Shown piece by piece: positions 19,497-29,833 of a stretch of DNA of 64,000 nt. The translations under genes were made by a program, and so were the position numbers. The DNA comes from Chitinophaga pinensis (lineage in GTDB: Bacteria > Bacteroidota > Bacteroidia > NS11-12g > UBA955): positions 12,938-76,937 of the forward strand of contig CAMDDG010000003.1 in NCBI GenBank assembly GCA_945890895.1. Reading direction: 5' to 3'. The notes below the pieces were generated by a model. That model had not been told where the DNA came from, did not search any database, and was given only the letters and a program-made list of their open reading frames with translations. Numbering within the stretch: position 1 is the stretch's first letter; every line of letters starts with the position of its first letter.

Positions 19497-19796
19497 ATGC
19501 CTATACACCGCGTTGTAAAAATGACATTTAAGCCAGAGAATTTGGATGATTTTCTATTGGTTTTTGAAGAATCAAAAGATAAAATTCGTGCACGATCTGG
19601 ATGCTTATCGTTGCAATTAATTCAAGATTTGGATCGTCCTAATATCCTTAGTACTTCCAGTATTTGGGAATCTCAAAATGATCTTGAAGACTACAGAAAT
19701 AGTGAATTATTCATAGAAACTTGGAGAAAAACAAAGATTCATTTTTCAGAAAAGGCAGAAGCAAAAAGCTACGAAATTCTATATTGGTTGCCTTAA
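19497..19796 (+). CDS. Antibiotic biosynthesis monooxygenase (ABM/Dabb) domain protein.
   Basis: 99 aa with ferredoxin-like ABM fold spacing. It starts 3 bp after the DUF62 gene. Confidence 0.55.
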   Translation: MPIHRVVKMTFKPENLDDFLLVFEESKDKIRARSGCLSLQLIQDLDRPNILSTSSIWESQNDLEDYRNSELFIETWRKTKIHFSEKAEAKSYEILYWLP

Positions 19797-19827
19797 TAAA
19801 ATTTACAAGTTCAAAGTCAATAACTAA

Positions 19828-21216
19828 TTATAACCATTTGCCTGGATTCATAATTCCTTTAGGATCGAAAACCTGTTTTATTCCTTTCATTAGTTCCAAA
19901 TGTTTTTGAGTAAATACTATGTCTAAGTAATTTTTTTGAACTAATCCGACTCCATGTTCCCCGCTAATGGTACCTCCAAGTTGAAAACAAAGTTGAAATA
20001 TTTCCCGAATGCCCTGAATTACTGTTGTATTCCATTGTTCATCTGTTAATTGATCTTTGAGGATATTAACATGGAGATTGCCATCTCCTGCATGGCCATA
20101 ACAAACAGAACGAAAACCGTATTTCCGTCCAATTTTTTTTACCCCTTCTATTAATTCAGGCAATTTAGCTCTCGGCACAACAGTATCTTCTTCTTTGTAG
20201 ATGCTCTCCTGTTTCACTGCTGTTCCCATGGATCTTCTCACTTTCCACCAATTTTCCTGCATATCTGAATTGGTAGGAAGAAAAACTTCTTTAGCACCCT
20301 GCGCTTCCAAAAATGGAAATAAATCTTCAGCTATTTGAAATAGATCCTCTCCTTTTGTTTCTTCTAAAACAATGAGTAAATAAAAATCACAATTATTTAC
20401 CAGTGGAAAAGTTGTTTGAATGGATTTTGAAGAAATTTCAATTGCAGAACGCTCCATTAATTCGATTCCCGATGGATTAAATCCGTTTAATAGAATTTGA
20501 TTAACCGTTTTTGCACACGACTCGGCATTATCGAAAGCAGCAAGCATTAGCAATTCAGATCCTGGTAGTTTAACCAATTTTAAAACTGCTTTGGTTACAA
20601 TACCAAGTAAACCTTCACTACCCACAAACAAATGAGTTAGAGAAAGACCCGTTGAATTTTTTAGTGTATTTGCACCGGTCCAAATTACATCACCGGTTGG
20701 CAGTACCACCTCCAAATTCAATACATAATCACGGGTAGTGCCGTATTTTACTGCTTTTGGACCACCAGCACCATGAGCAATATTCCCTCCTATAGTACTC
20801 GATCCCATTGATGCAGGGTCAGGAGGATAATATAGTCCCACTTTTGCCAATTCTAATTTAAGTTGCGCGTTAATAACACCCGGTTCTACTGTAACTTGAA
20901 AATTTTCAGAATCTATTTGAATAATTTTATTCATTTTTTTGGTAGAAACTACCACGCCCCCTTTAACCGGTAAACAAGCACCCGACAATCCAGTTCCAGC
21001 ACCTCTTGTGTACACTGGAATTTGATAATTATTAAAAATCATCATGGCTTTACTTAATTCAACTGTGGATTGTGGTTGAACAACACATTCTGGGAAAAAT
21101 TGCAAATCTTCTGTATAGTCGGTGCTGTTTTCTTCCAATGCTTCTGGCTGAAAAAGTACATTTTCTTGTCCTAATATATTTTGCAGTTCTTCAATAATTT
21201 GAGGTTGTAACGGCAT
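19828..21216 (-). CDS. FAD-linked oxidase (GlcD/D-lactate dehydrogenase family).
   Basis: PCMH-type FAD-binding domain (RGAGTGLSGA) and a C-terminal FAD-oxidase domain (HAGDGNLH). The ATG at 21216 (MPLQPQ...) is preferred over the ORF-track start. Confidence 0.8.
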   Translation of the reverse strand: MPLQPQIIEELQNILGQENVLFQPEALEENSTDYTEDLQFFPECVVQPQSTVELSKAMMIFNNYQIPVYTRGAGTGLSGACLPVKGGVVVSTKKMNKIIQIDSENFQVTVEPGVINAQLKLELAKVGLYYPPDPASMGSSTIGGNIAHGAGGPKAVKYGTTRDYVLNLEVVLPTGDVIWTGANTLKNSTGLSLTHLFVGSEGLLGIVTKAVLKLVKLPGSELLMLAAFDNAESCAKTVNQILLNGFNPSGIELMERSAIEISSKSIQTTFPLVNNCDFYLLIVLEETKGEDLFQIAEDLFPFLEAQGAKEVFLPTNSDMQENWWKVRRSMGTAVKQESIYKEEDTVVPRAKLPELIEGVKKIGRKYGFRSVCYGHAGDGNLHVNILKDQLTDEQWNTTVIQGIREIFQLCFQLGGTISGEHGVGLVQKNYLDIVFTQKHLELMKGIKQVFDPKGIMNPGKWL

Positions 21217-21378
21217 GATGCAAATGTCGGAATATTTTTGGTGGCAGAAATAAAAATTACGCAGAACCACATCCCCAGAAAAGGTAAAAAGCAAAATCAA
21301 GTTACAAATTAGTTTCAATTTAAAATCCATGACTTAACTTTGACAATCATTCGTTAAAATAATTAATATAGTTGTGAA

Positions 21379-22605
21379 ATGAAAAACAGTCGATTAAAGC
21401 TTCAGATAGCGGTACTAGCTATAATTACCTATATGATTAGTGCTCTAATATGGTGGGCATTTGCTCTAATTCAATTTCAGGAAAGACAATATTCGAATGA
21501 AATGGAAAAGCTCGAGTTAAGAAAAACATTAGCAATGGAAAAAATGGAAAAGTTGCTTACATCGGGTCAAATCAAATTAGAAAACGTTGCCTATGAGCGC
21601 AAAGAAGGCGCATTTATATTTGTTTCAACGGAAAAAAATACAATAAAAAAATCCGATTTCAACTCATTGCAATACAACACTTTGGAATTAATAAAAACTT
21701 CAATTATCACGGAATTTTCAGAATTTAATGTTATTTCTGTGACAAATAAGCAACGGAATCAACTTGAGATACGTCTACAGACTAGGCCTGAATTACAGTT
21801 CCAAGTTCGAGAAACGCTTCGCAAAAAGAAAATGGCTTGGATTGGTGAAGGTTTAACATTAGGATTTATTACCATCATAATAGGAATTGCTATGTATTTA
21901 TATTTAGATAAAATCATTCGATTAAATGCTCAGCAGAACAATTTTTTATTGGCGGTAACTCATGAGTTAAAAACACCCATAGCGGCTACAAAGTTGGCAC
22001 TTCAAACCATTAAAAAGGATAGCAGTCAAAGACTTCTTCCTAAGATGTTGGAAATGGCTAATTCGAACGTAATACGACTATCTCAAATGGTAGAACAGAT
22101 TTTAATGGCTACTCGATTTGAAAGTAAATTTACGGATCCATTGATGGTGGAAATTGATTTACATGACGAAATTCAAGCCACATTGCTGGCCATGGAACTT
22201 TCGGCGGATGTAAATTCAAGGATTAAAACGGATATTCCAGAAGGAATTTTAATGCAAGCTGATGAAAAAATGATACAAACCGTATTCAGAAATCTAATTA
22301 CTAATGCGATAAAATATGCAGAGGAAGGTGAAATAAAAATTGAAGCTCGAACTTCTGCAGATTGGATTAGTATCACTATTTCTGATAAGGGTATGGGAAT
22401 TCCGGATTCAGAAAAAAAGAAAGTTTTCGAAAAATTTTATCGTGTTGGAGAAGAAAAAACAAGAACAAAACCTGGAAGCGGATTGGGTTTGTACTTAGTG
22501 AAGAAAATTACAGAAATGCATGATGGAAGAGTAAGTATTGAAGATAACACCCCAAAAGGAACCCGATTTATTTTAACTTTTAAACAACAACAAACAATAG
22601 CATAA
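21379..22605 (+). CDS. Sensor histidine kinase (HisKA + HATPase_c) with two TM helices.
   Basis: H-box LLAVTHELKTPIA, with N, G1 and G2 boxes (GSGLGLYLVKK). Confidence 0.85.
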   Translation: MKNSRLKLQIAVLAIITYMISALIWWAFALIQFQERQYSNEMEKLELRKTLAMEKMEKLLTSGQIKLENVAYERKEGAFIFVSTEKNTIKKSDFNSLQYNTLELIKTSIITEFSEFNVISVTNKQRNQLEIRLQTRPELQFQVRETLRKKKMAWIGEGLTLGFITIIIGIAMYLYLDKIIRLNAQQNNFLLAVTHELKTPIAATKLALQTIKKDSSQRLLPKMLEMANSNVIRLSQMVEQILMATRFESKFTDPLMVEIDLHDEIQATLLAMELSADVNSRIKTDIPEGILMQADEKMIQTVFRNLITNAIKYAEEGEIKIEARTSADWISITISDKGMGIPDSEKKKVFEKFYRVGEEKTRTKPGSGLGLYLVKKITEMHDGRVSIEDNTPKGTRFILTFKQQQTIA

Positions 22606-22611
22606 ACCAAG

Positions 22612-23325
22612 ATGAACGACGTTAAAGTATACAGAATATTATTGGTGGAAGATGAAGCCGATTTAGCCGAATTAATACGTATTAATTTAGAATTAGAAGG
22701 GTATAAAGTTGCTATAGCTGCACATGGCGCTATTGCAATTCAAAAATTGAAGTCTGAAAGTTTCGACTTAGTTATCATGGATATTATGATGCCGAGTATG
22801 GATGGAATAACAGCCACTCAACATATTCGTTTGTCAAACAACGATATACCAATTATGATTTTAAGTGCTTCTAATAGTTCAAGAGATAGAATTAGTGGTT
22901 TAAGGTCTGGGGCGGATGATTACTTGAGTAAACCATTTGAATTAGAGGAATTATTGTTGAGAGTTCAAAAATTAATTCGTAGAACACAACAACATTTACC
23001 TAGACTAACACTTCAAGAATACAATTTTGGGGGAAATTACATCGATTTTAATTCGTATAAAGCAATTGGAAAAACTGGTGAATTCAAACTAACTAAAAAG
23101 GAAGCACAGCTCCTTAAATTGTTAATTGAAAAGAAAAATTTAGTAGTTACGCGCGAAGAGATTTTAAAAACGGTATGGGGATATACCGTATTTCCAAGTA
23201 CACGAACTATTGACAACTTTATTTTAGCATTTAGAAAGTACTTTGAAGATGATGCAAAAAATCCAAAGTATTTTTTGAGTCTTAGGGGTGTCGGTTACAA
23301 GTATACTGAAGAAGATATGGGATAA
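22612..23325 (+). CDS. OmpR-family response regulator.
   Basis: Receiver domain (LLVEDEADL...DIMMP) and a winged-helix trans_reg_C domain (LSLRGVGYKY). Confidence 0.85.
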   Translation: MNDVKVYRILLVEDEADLAELIRINLELEGYKVAIAAHGAIAIQKLKSESFDLVIMDIMMPSMDGITATQHIRLSNNDIPIMILSASNSSRDRISGLRSGADDYLSKPFELEELLLRVQKLIRRTQQHLPRLTLQEYNFGGNYIDFNSYKAIGKTGEFKLTKKEAQLLKLLIEKKNLVVTREEILKTVWGYTVFPSTRTIDNFILAFRKYFEDDAKNPKYFLSLRGVGYKYTEEDMG

Positions 23326-23389
23326 AAATTACAGTTGAAACAAACGATTATTAGTCATTCAGTTTATAAGGAATCTTCTGAACGCTATT

Positions 23390-24622
23390 TTATTTTTTAG
23401 TAATTCCTTGAGCAACCAATTCGGCAGTTGTCCATGCTGCTTGAAAATTAAATCCACCGGTAATTCCGTCGATATCAAGAATTTCACCACATGCAAATAA
23501 ATTTGGAATAGCTTTAAATTCACACGTTTCATCGACTAACTGAGATAAATCTATTCCGCCGGCTGTAACAAATTCCTCTTTGAATGTGGTTTTACCATTT
23601 ATCTGATAGGGAAACCGAATCAAATTTTCAATTAATCGATTAAAATTCTTACTACTGAGAGTTTGAACTTGTGCATTTGAATCTATCTGTGACTGAGTTA
23701 TCAAAAAGGTCCAAAGTCTATTTGGAATGTCAAATGGAACTGCATTTTCAATTTTCTTTTTTGAGTGAAGTGAAAAGAATTCTGATAAAATACGTTTTGT
23801 TTCTTCTTCTTTTATTTCACCAATCCAAGAGATTAGAATTTCGTGCTGATAGTTTCTTTCCTTTAAAAATCGAGACATCCAAGCGCTCGATTTTAGTACT
23901 GCGGGTCCACTAATTCCCCAATGAGTAATCAATAAAGGTCCCTTAAATTCATCTTTTTGACCAACAAATTTCACTTTTGCATTGGGAACTGAAATTCCAG
24001 ACAAAAGTGACAGTTTAGGTTTTAACTCTTTGTTGGCGTTAAAAGTAAATAAGGATGGTGATGACTCGATCCAATCTAATTTTAGAGATTGAAGCCATGA
24101 CACTTTTGTTGGATCGGATACTCCGCCAGAGGCTAAAACTAAAAAGTTTGCAATTATATCCGGCTGTTCATTTATTTTAACTGTGAATAAGTCTTTGTTT
24201 TGTTCAATTAAATTTACTGAAGAGTTTCGAAGGACTTCTATTCCTAGTTTTCGAGCATAATTTTCATAGAATCCAGCGATTGTTTCCGAATTGTCTGTGA
24301 TTGGGAACATTCGGCCATCTGGCTCTGTTTTTAATTGGATGCCATGTGACTGAATCCATTCTACAAATTCTTGAGCTCCAAATTGACGAAAAGCTTTCTT
24401 TAGGAATTTTGCACCTCTGGGATAGTGTGTTGATAACCGAGAATAATCGAAACAATTGTGTGTAATATTACAACGGCCACCCCCACTTACTCTTAGTTTT
24501 GATAATGTTTTATTTGTTTTTTCCAATAAAACAACATGTAAATTATTTTGCAATTCTTTAAGTCGGATGGCGCAGTAAAATCCAGCTGCACCTCCCCCAA
24601 CAACAACAACCAATCGGTTCAT
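23390..24622 (-). CDS. HI0933/BaiN-like NAD(P)/FAD-dependent flavoprotein.
   Basis: VVGGGAAGFYCAI dinucleotide fold and GGGRCNITH, the HI0933 family signature. Confidence 0.8.
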   Translation of the reverse strand: MNRLVVVVGGGAAGFYCAIRLKELQNNLHVVLLEKTNKTLSKLRVSGGGRCNITHNCFDYSRLSTHYPRGAKFLKKAFRQFGAQEFVEWIQSHGIQLKTEPDGRMFPITDNSETIAGFYENYARKLGIEVLRNSSVNLIEQNKDLFTVKINEQPDIIANFLVLASGGVSDPTKVSWLQSLKLDWIESSPSLFTFNANKELKPKLSLLSGISVPNAKVKFVGQKDEFKGPLLITHWGISGPAVLKSSAWMSRFLKERNYQHEILISWIGEIKEEETKRILSEFFSLHSKKKIENAVPFDIPNRLWTFLITQSQIDSNAQVQTLSSKNFNRLIENLIRFPYQINGKTTFKEEFVTAGGIDLSQLVDETCEFKAIPNLFACGEILDIDGITGGFNFQAAWTTAELVAQGITKK

Positions 24623-25494
24623 CGAATAATTTTATAATTCTTATATTCTCCTAATCGAACACCAAAAATCTTCTCGAACCAATAAAGAAATCCGGTTTTT
24701 AAATTGAAGTTTTTCCGAGAAACATCGTAATCGAATTTCCAGTTAATGCGTTTAATTCGTTCTTGAATAACCTTGGGGTGTGTACCATTATAAAGCACGA
24801 GGGAATCAATTCCTGAGTAATCAAACTCTGTTTTATTGGCTACTTTTTGTTCCATATATTGGTCATCATGCCACAATCGATGGAACTGTACTTGCTTTTG
24901 TTGTTGTTCTTTGGGATGCTTAACCCAGCCATAGTGAAAAATTCGAGCTGGAATTTCAATTACTTTGAGTTTTTGATCGTCCAGGGTTCTAAATCCCTGT
25001 GCATCTTTCCAACTTTTAATATTCTTATTGTTTCTGATTATGCGAATTTCTTTTCGATACCATCTTCTAGAATCCCCTAAATAATCGTAGGAACCATAAA
25101 AATGCTGATACTGAAATAAGAAACCATCCACCTCCTTTACATCCAAATATTGCAACATGGCTTTTTTGATAAGAGGTAAATCCTCTTCATGAACGCATTC
25201 ATCCGCTTGAATATAAAAGCACCAATCCGAATCTGTTGCCACTTGAGACAAGGCTTTATTCGTTTCATCTGCCAATACTCTTCCGCCTTCTCTCAAAGAA
25301 TCATCCCAAACCGTGTCTATTATTTTTAAATGAGGAATGGTTAGTGACTCAATTTTATTGCGTGTGCCATCTTCTGAGTTACCTACTGCAACAATAATTT
25401 CATCGCACAATGACGATATAGATAATAATGCTTCTTCTATGGGATAATCTGCTCGAACTACATTTCGTGCAATGGCAAAACCTGATACTTTCAT
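24619..25494 (-). CDS. Glycosyltransferase family 2-like protein.
   Basis: N-terminal GT-A-like region (SGFAIARNVV...CDEIIVAV...SEDGT). It has 4-bp overlaps with both neighbouring genes. Confidence 0.5.
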   Translation of the reverse strand: MKVSGFAIARNVVRADYPIEEALLSISSLCDEIIVAVGNSEDGTRNKIESLTIPHLKIIDTVWDDSLREGGRVLADETNKALSQVATDSDWCFYIQADECVHEEDLPLIKKAMLQYLDVKEVDGFLFQYQHFYGSYDYLGDSRRWYRKEIRIIRNNKNIKSWKDAQGFRTLDDQKLKVIEIPARIFHYGWVKHPKEQQQKQVQFHRLWHDDQYMEQKVANKTEFDYSGIDSLVLYNGTHPKVIQERIKRINWKFDYDVSRKNFNLKTGFLYWFEKIFGVRLGEYKNYKIIR

Positions 25495-28400
25495 TTTAGT
25501 AATTTTTCTTCAATCTGATATTCATAACGAACTTCCATTTCATCCAATAATTCTAATAATTCGGGACAAAAGTTCACCCTAAAATTGGATACCAAGGTAA
25601 CACCCATTTCTTCCTCACCATCTTGAAAATGGAACCAAACAGGAGTATTGCCTAAAAATTGCTCTAAGATGTCTGAAATCGTTTGATGGATGCCATTGAC
25701 TAAATCATTGGGGCGTAAGGATATGCTGATGGATTTGATTAATTGCGAAGGATCTATATCACTGGCTAATCGAACAGGTTTAAAAATAATTTTCGGTCTT
25801 ACATCATCTGGACGAGGTTCAACAATTCCTTGAATTAACAATATATAATCCTTTGATAGATAGGATTTATCTCTAATATACTCTTTTCCGTAAAAGTTCA
25901 ATTCAATGTTGCCTGAATAATCCAACAACGTAATTCTACCATAAGGATTTCCTTTTTGGGAGATGATTTCACGGGCAGCTGTTACAATGCCCATCACACG
26001 AAATTCCAATCGTTCATTGTTTTCTACCGCACTTTGTAAATCTTTAATCGTGTTCTTTTTAATAAGATTATAAGCAAATTTATGATCATCAAGTGGATGC
26101 TTACTTAAGTATACTCCGATTAATTCAATCTCTTGTTTTAATTCATCCATCAAGCCAAATGGTTCAATATTCGGTAACTTGGGTTCTTGAGGGATGATGG
26201 ATTCTGATACTCCTCCAAATAAAGAAGTTTGACCAGAAATTTTATCTTGCTGAATTTTCTGTCCGTAACGTAATGCCAGTTCTACACCGGTTACATTGGA
26301 CTCATCGGTGGCAACATATTGAGCTCTATGATAACGTGTATCGAAATCAAACACACCCGCCTTTGCCATGCTTTCTAAGGTTCTCTTGTTTATAGTTCGA
26401 GCTGGCATTCGAGAAGTGAGATCGAATATACTTATAAACGGACCATCTTTTTCTCGGATCAGTAGAATTTCATCTACTGCACCTTCTCCAACCCCCTTAA
26501 CAGCGGATAAACCAAACCGAATTTCATTTTTAGAAGTTACAGTAAATGCAGAACGACTTTCGTTAATATCGGGACCTAGAACTTTAATTCCTATCCTTTG
26601 GCATTCTTCCATGTAGAATGTAATCTTTTTTATATCGTTCATGTTACTTTTAAGTACTGCCGACATAAATTGAGCTGGATAGTGTGCTTTCAAATAAGCT
26701 GTGTGAAAAGCAATTACCGCGTAACAAGTGGAATGCGATTTATTGAATGCGTATTGAGCAAACTCCTCCCAGTCACTATAAATTTTTTCCAGAACTTTTT
26801 CTGGGAACCCTTTTTCTAAAGCTCCCGACATAAAATCCGTTTTGAGTTCGTCGATCAATGCTTTGTCTTTTTTACCCATGGCTTTCCGCAATTTGTCAGC
26901 CTTCCCTTTAGAAAACCCGGCAATTTTCTGACTCAAAAGCATAACCTGCTCTTGATATACCGTAATTCCATAGGTTTCTTTTAAGTATTCTTCCATTTCT
27001 GGCAAATCAAAAACTACGGGTTTTTTACCGTGTTTTCGGTCAACAAATTCCGGAATATACTTCATCGGACCTGGGCGATAAAGTGCGTTCATAGCAATTA
27101 AATCTCCAAACTGCGTAGGTTTCAAATCACGCATGTACTTCTGCATACCCGGACTTTCAAACTGAAAAATACCATTGGTTTCACCTCGTTGAAACAATTC
27201 GTACGTTTTTTCATCATCCAAGGGGATTTCATCTAAAACTATTTCAACTCCGACTGTATCTTTAATTAATTGAATAGCATCTTTTAAAATCGACAATGTA
27301 CTTAATCCTAAAAAGTCCATTTTCAATAAGCCGGCTTTTTCAATTTGATTTACATCATACTGTACTTGCATCCATGGCGAATCTTTGCTTCTTGCAACTG
27401 GTACTACATCGTCGATATCTTTCGGAGCTATTATTATACCACAAGCATGAACTCCGGTATTTCTTACACTCCCTTCTAATTTTTCAGCATCTTTAAGAAC
27501 TTTTGCGGCCAAATCATTACCGTTATAAATTTTTTGAAGTTCTTTAATTTGGTCAATTTCTTCCGGCTTGATGTTATTGGAATCGTCTTTTGCAAGTACA
27601 TCTGGATCGGCGTGAAGTAAGGTTTTAAACCCATAATTCCCTACAACTAATTTCGCTAATCGATCGGATTCAGGTAGTGGATATTGTAAAACTCTAGCTA
27701 CATCGCGAATAGCCGATTTAGCTGCCATAGTGCCATAAGTAATAATTTGAGCAATTCTACGTTCTCCATACTTTTTCGCAACATAATCAATAACACGATC
27801 TCTACCCTGATCATCAAAATCTATATCCACGTCGGGCATACTCACACGTTCTGGATTTAGAAAACGCTCAAAAAGTAAATCGTATTTAACTGGATCAACA
27901 TTAGTAATTCCCAGTGCATATGCCACTAAACTTCCAGCTGCAGATCCTCTACCGGGCCCAACCCAAACTCCCATTTCCCGAGCAGCAGAAGTAAAATCTT
28001 GTACAATTAAAAAGTAACCTTCGTAACCCGAATTACAAATGGTAGACAATTCAAATTTTAGTCGCTCTTCTACAACTAAAGGGATGGTGCCTCCGTATTT
28101 TTTCCGACAACCTTCATAAGCCAAATGCGTGAGATATTCTTTCTGATCATTGAATCCTGAAGGCAATGAATAATTCGGAAGTACGATATCTCGAGCCAAT
28201 TTTGGTGCTTCTATGGTACTAATGAGTAAATTGGTATTGTCGATTGCTTCGGGGATATCTGAAAACAACTTCTCCATTTCTTCTTGTGTTTTGAAGAAAA
28301 ATTGATCATTAGGAAAACCAAACCGAAACCCTTTACCTGATTCTTCGTTGGTAGCTTTGGGCGTTGATTGATATTCGTTGGTGTTAATGCACAAAAGAAT

Positions 28401-29081
28401 GTCATGTGCATTTGCATCTTCTTTATCTATATAATGAGAGTCGTTTGTTGCAATAATAGGTACATTGTATTTGCGTGCAAATTTTATAAGTATTTGGTTT
28501 ACATCCTCTTGATCTAATCCAGTATTGTCAATATTGCATAAATTATGACGTTGCAATTCTACGTAAAAATCATCCCCAAATAAGGAATGCCACTCTATAA
28601 AAAGTTTCTCTGCTTCTTCTTCGCCTTTAAATAAAATAGCTTGTGGAATTTCTGCTCCGATGCAACAACTTGTTGCAATTAAACCTTCCTTATATTGGTT
28701 TAATAATTGTTTATCAATTCGAGGATATTTTGAATACAGTCCTTCCAAATATCCTAGCGAACATAGCTTGGATAAGTTCTCATATCCCTTTTGGTTTTTA
28801 GCTAAGAGTAATTGATGATACCGTTTATCTTTTTTACCTTGACCAAACGTTTTTTGAAATCGATCCTCAACCAGATAGAATTCACAGCCAATTACTGGAA
28901 GAATGCCTTGACTTTTAGCGGCTTGATAAAAATCAAATACACCAAACATATTGCCATGATCGGTTATAGCAACCGCGGGCATACCATCCTCTTTGGCTTT
29001 TCGAATGAGTTTTTTTATATCTGCAGCACCGTCTAACAACGAATACTGCGTGTGAACATGTAAGTGAGAAAATTTAGGCAT
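25491..29081 (-). CDS. dnaE: DNA polymerase III alpha subunit.
   Basis: PHP domain (HLHVHTQYSLLDGA) and pol III alpha core; 1196 aa. Confidence 0.95.
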   Translation of the reverse strand: MPKFSHLHVHTQYSLLDGAADIKKLIRKAKEDGMPAVAITDHGNMFGVFDFYQAAKSQGILPVIGCEFYLVEDRFQKTFGQGKKDKRYHQLLLAKNQKGYENLSKLCSLGYLEGLYSKYPRIDKQLLNQYKEGLIATSCCIGAEIPQAILFKGEEEAEKLFIEWHSLFGDDFYVELQRHNLCNIDNTGLDQEDVNQILIKFARKYNVPIIATNDSHYIDKEDANAHDILLCINTNEYQSTPKATNEESGKGFRFGFPNDQFFFKTQEEMEKLFSDIPEAIDNTNLLISTIEAPKLARDIVLPNYSLPSGFNDQKEYLTHLAYEGCRKKYGGTIPLVVEERLKFELSTICNSGYEGYFLIVQDFTSAAREMGVWVGPGRGSAAGSLVAYALGITNVDPVKYDLLFERFLNPERVSMPDVDIDFDDQGRDRVIDYVAKKYGERRIAQIITYGTMAAKSAIRDVARVLQYPLPESDRLAKLVVGNYGFKTLLHADPDVLAKDDSNNIKPEEIDQIKELQKIYNGNDLAAKVLKDAEKLEGSVRNTGVHACGIIIAPKDIDDVVPVARSKDSPWMQVQYDVNQIEKAGLLKMDFLGLSTLSILKDAIQLIKDTVGVEIVLDEIPLDDEKTYELFQRGETNGIFQFESPGMQKYMRDLKPTQFGDLIAMNALYRPGPMKYIPEFVDRKHGKKPVVFDLPEMEEYLKETYGITVYQEQVMLLSQKIAGFSKGKADKLRKAMGKKDKALIDELKTDFMSGALEKGFPEKVLEKIYSDWEEFAQYAFNKSHSTCYAVIAFHTAYLKAHYPAQFMSAVLKSNMNDIKKITFYMEECQRIGIKVLGPDINESRSAFTVTSKNEIRFGLSAVKGVGEGAVDEILLIREKDGPFISIFDLTSRMPARTINKRTLESMAKAGVFDFDTRYHRAQYVATDESNVTGVELALRYGQKIQQDKISGQTSLFGGVSESIIPQEPKLPNIEPFGLMDELKQEIELIGVYLSKHPLDDHKFAYNLIKKNTIKDLQSAVENNERLEFRVMGIVTAAREIISQKGNPYGRITLLDYSGNIELNFYGKEYIRDKSYLSKDYILLIQGIVEPRPDDVRPKIIFKPVRLASDIDPSQLIKSISISLRPNDLVNGIHQTISDILEQFLGNTPVWFHFQDGEEEMGVTLVSNFRVNFCPELLELLDEMEVRYEYQIEEKLLK

Positions 29082-29171
29082 GAAAAATTACTTTGGGTGG
29101 GGATGAAAATGGAAGCGAAAACAGAAAGATTGTTGTTTAATAAACGAATTTTAAATAGTGTTGTATTGCCA

Positions 29172-29672
29172 CTATTTTGTAATGTAAACCATTGTGTCGC
29201 CTGACAATCCAGATTCAGTATAATTGACTATCCAATCAGGATTATCCATTTTGTACATACCGCGCTCTTTTACCCAACCAGTTTCGTAATATGCTTCATA
29301 AAATCCATGAAAATGTGACATACCCGTAGTGGCATCCATTTTCTTTTCATAATGCGACAATCTTTGTCCGTTTGGATAATAATTCTCTGTCCAAACTTCT
29401 TCTGGGCCTTGGAATTTACTAAGATTTAAAATTTTTTCTTGTTTATTATAGGTCACTAGGTATTTAACAGTATCTCCTAAATAATATTTCCTTTCTCGAA
29501 GCGTTCCATCTTCTCTCAAAGTTTGGTCTAAAATAACCTCTTTAATTCGCACCAATGAATCTAACGAATTCGTACTAAAGGTGTATGGTTTGTAAAGATC
29601 ATTTTCTTTTCGATTACAAGAAAAAACAATAATAATCAAAGCTATAGATAGATAAATTCTCGTTGACTTCAT
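29172..29672 (-). CDS. Hypothetical lipoprotein with MORN-like repeats.
   Basis: Signal peptide with a lipobox Cys (IVFSC), then Y/G/W-rich repeats. Confidence 0.4.
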   Translation of the reverse strand: MKSTRIYLSIALIIIVFSCNRKENDLYKPYTFSTNSLDSLVRIKEVILDQTLREDGTLRERKYYLGDTVKYLVTYNKQEKILNLSKFQGPEEVWTENYYPNGQRLSHYEKKMDATTGMSHFHGFYEAYYETGWVKERGMYKMDNPDWIVNYTESGLSGDTMVYITK

Positions 29673-29833
29673 AGTTGCAAATTAATTTAAATCTTCAAGT
29701 GGAACAAAATAAGTTTTACCCAACTTTTGTTGAATTGTGAATTGAAAAACCTCTTAATTGGTAGTTCCTTCACGTATCTTATTGCAGATCTGTTTGCTTA
29801 TGTTTATTGTATCATTATATGTAATTTTGAAGG

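Noticed and set aside
26368-28417. Several 60-80 aa ORFs inside and antisense to dnaE. The same pattern occurs inside maeB (47771..48808), dnaX (2494..2676), the NHL/PKD gene (15735..16088), the HI0933 gene and fumC.
   Set aside because: These are shadow ORFs within well-supported long genes. They have no motifs and an AT-rich codon pattern.
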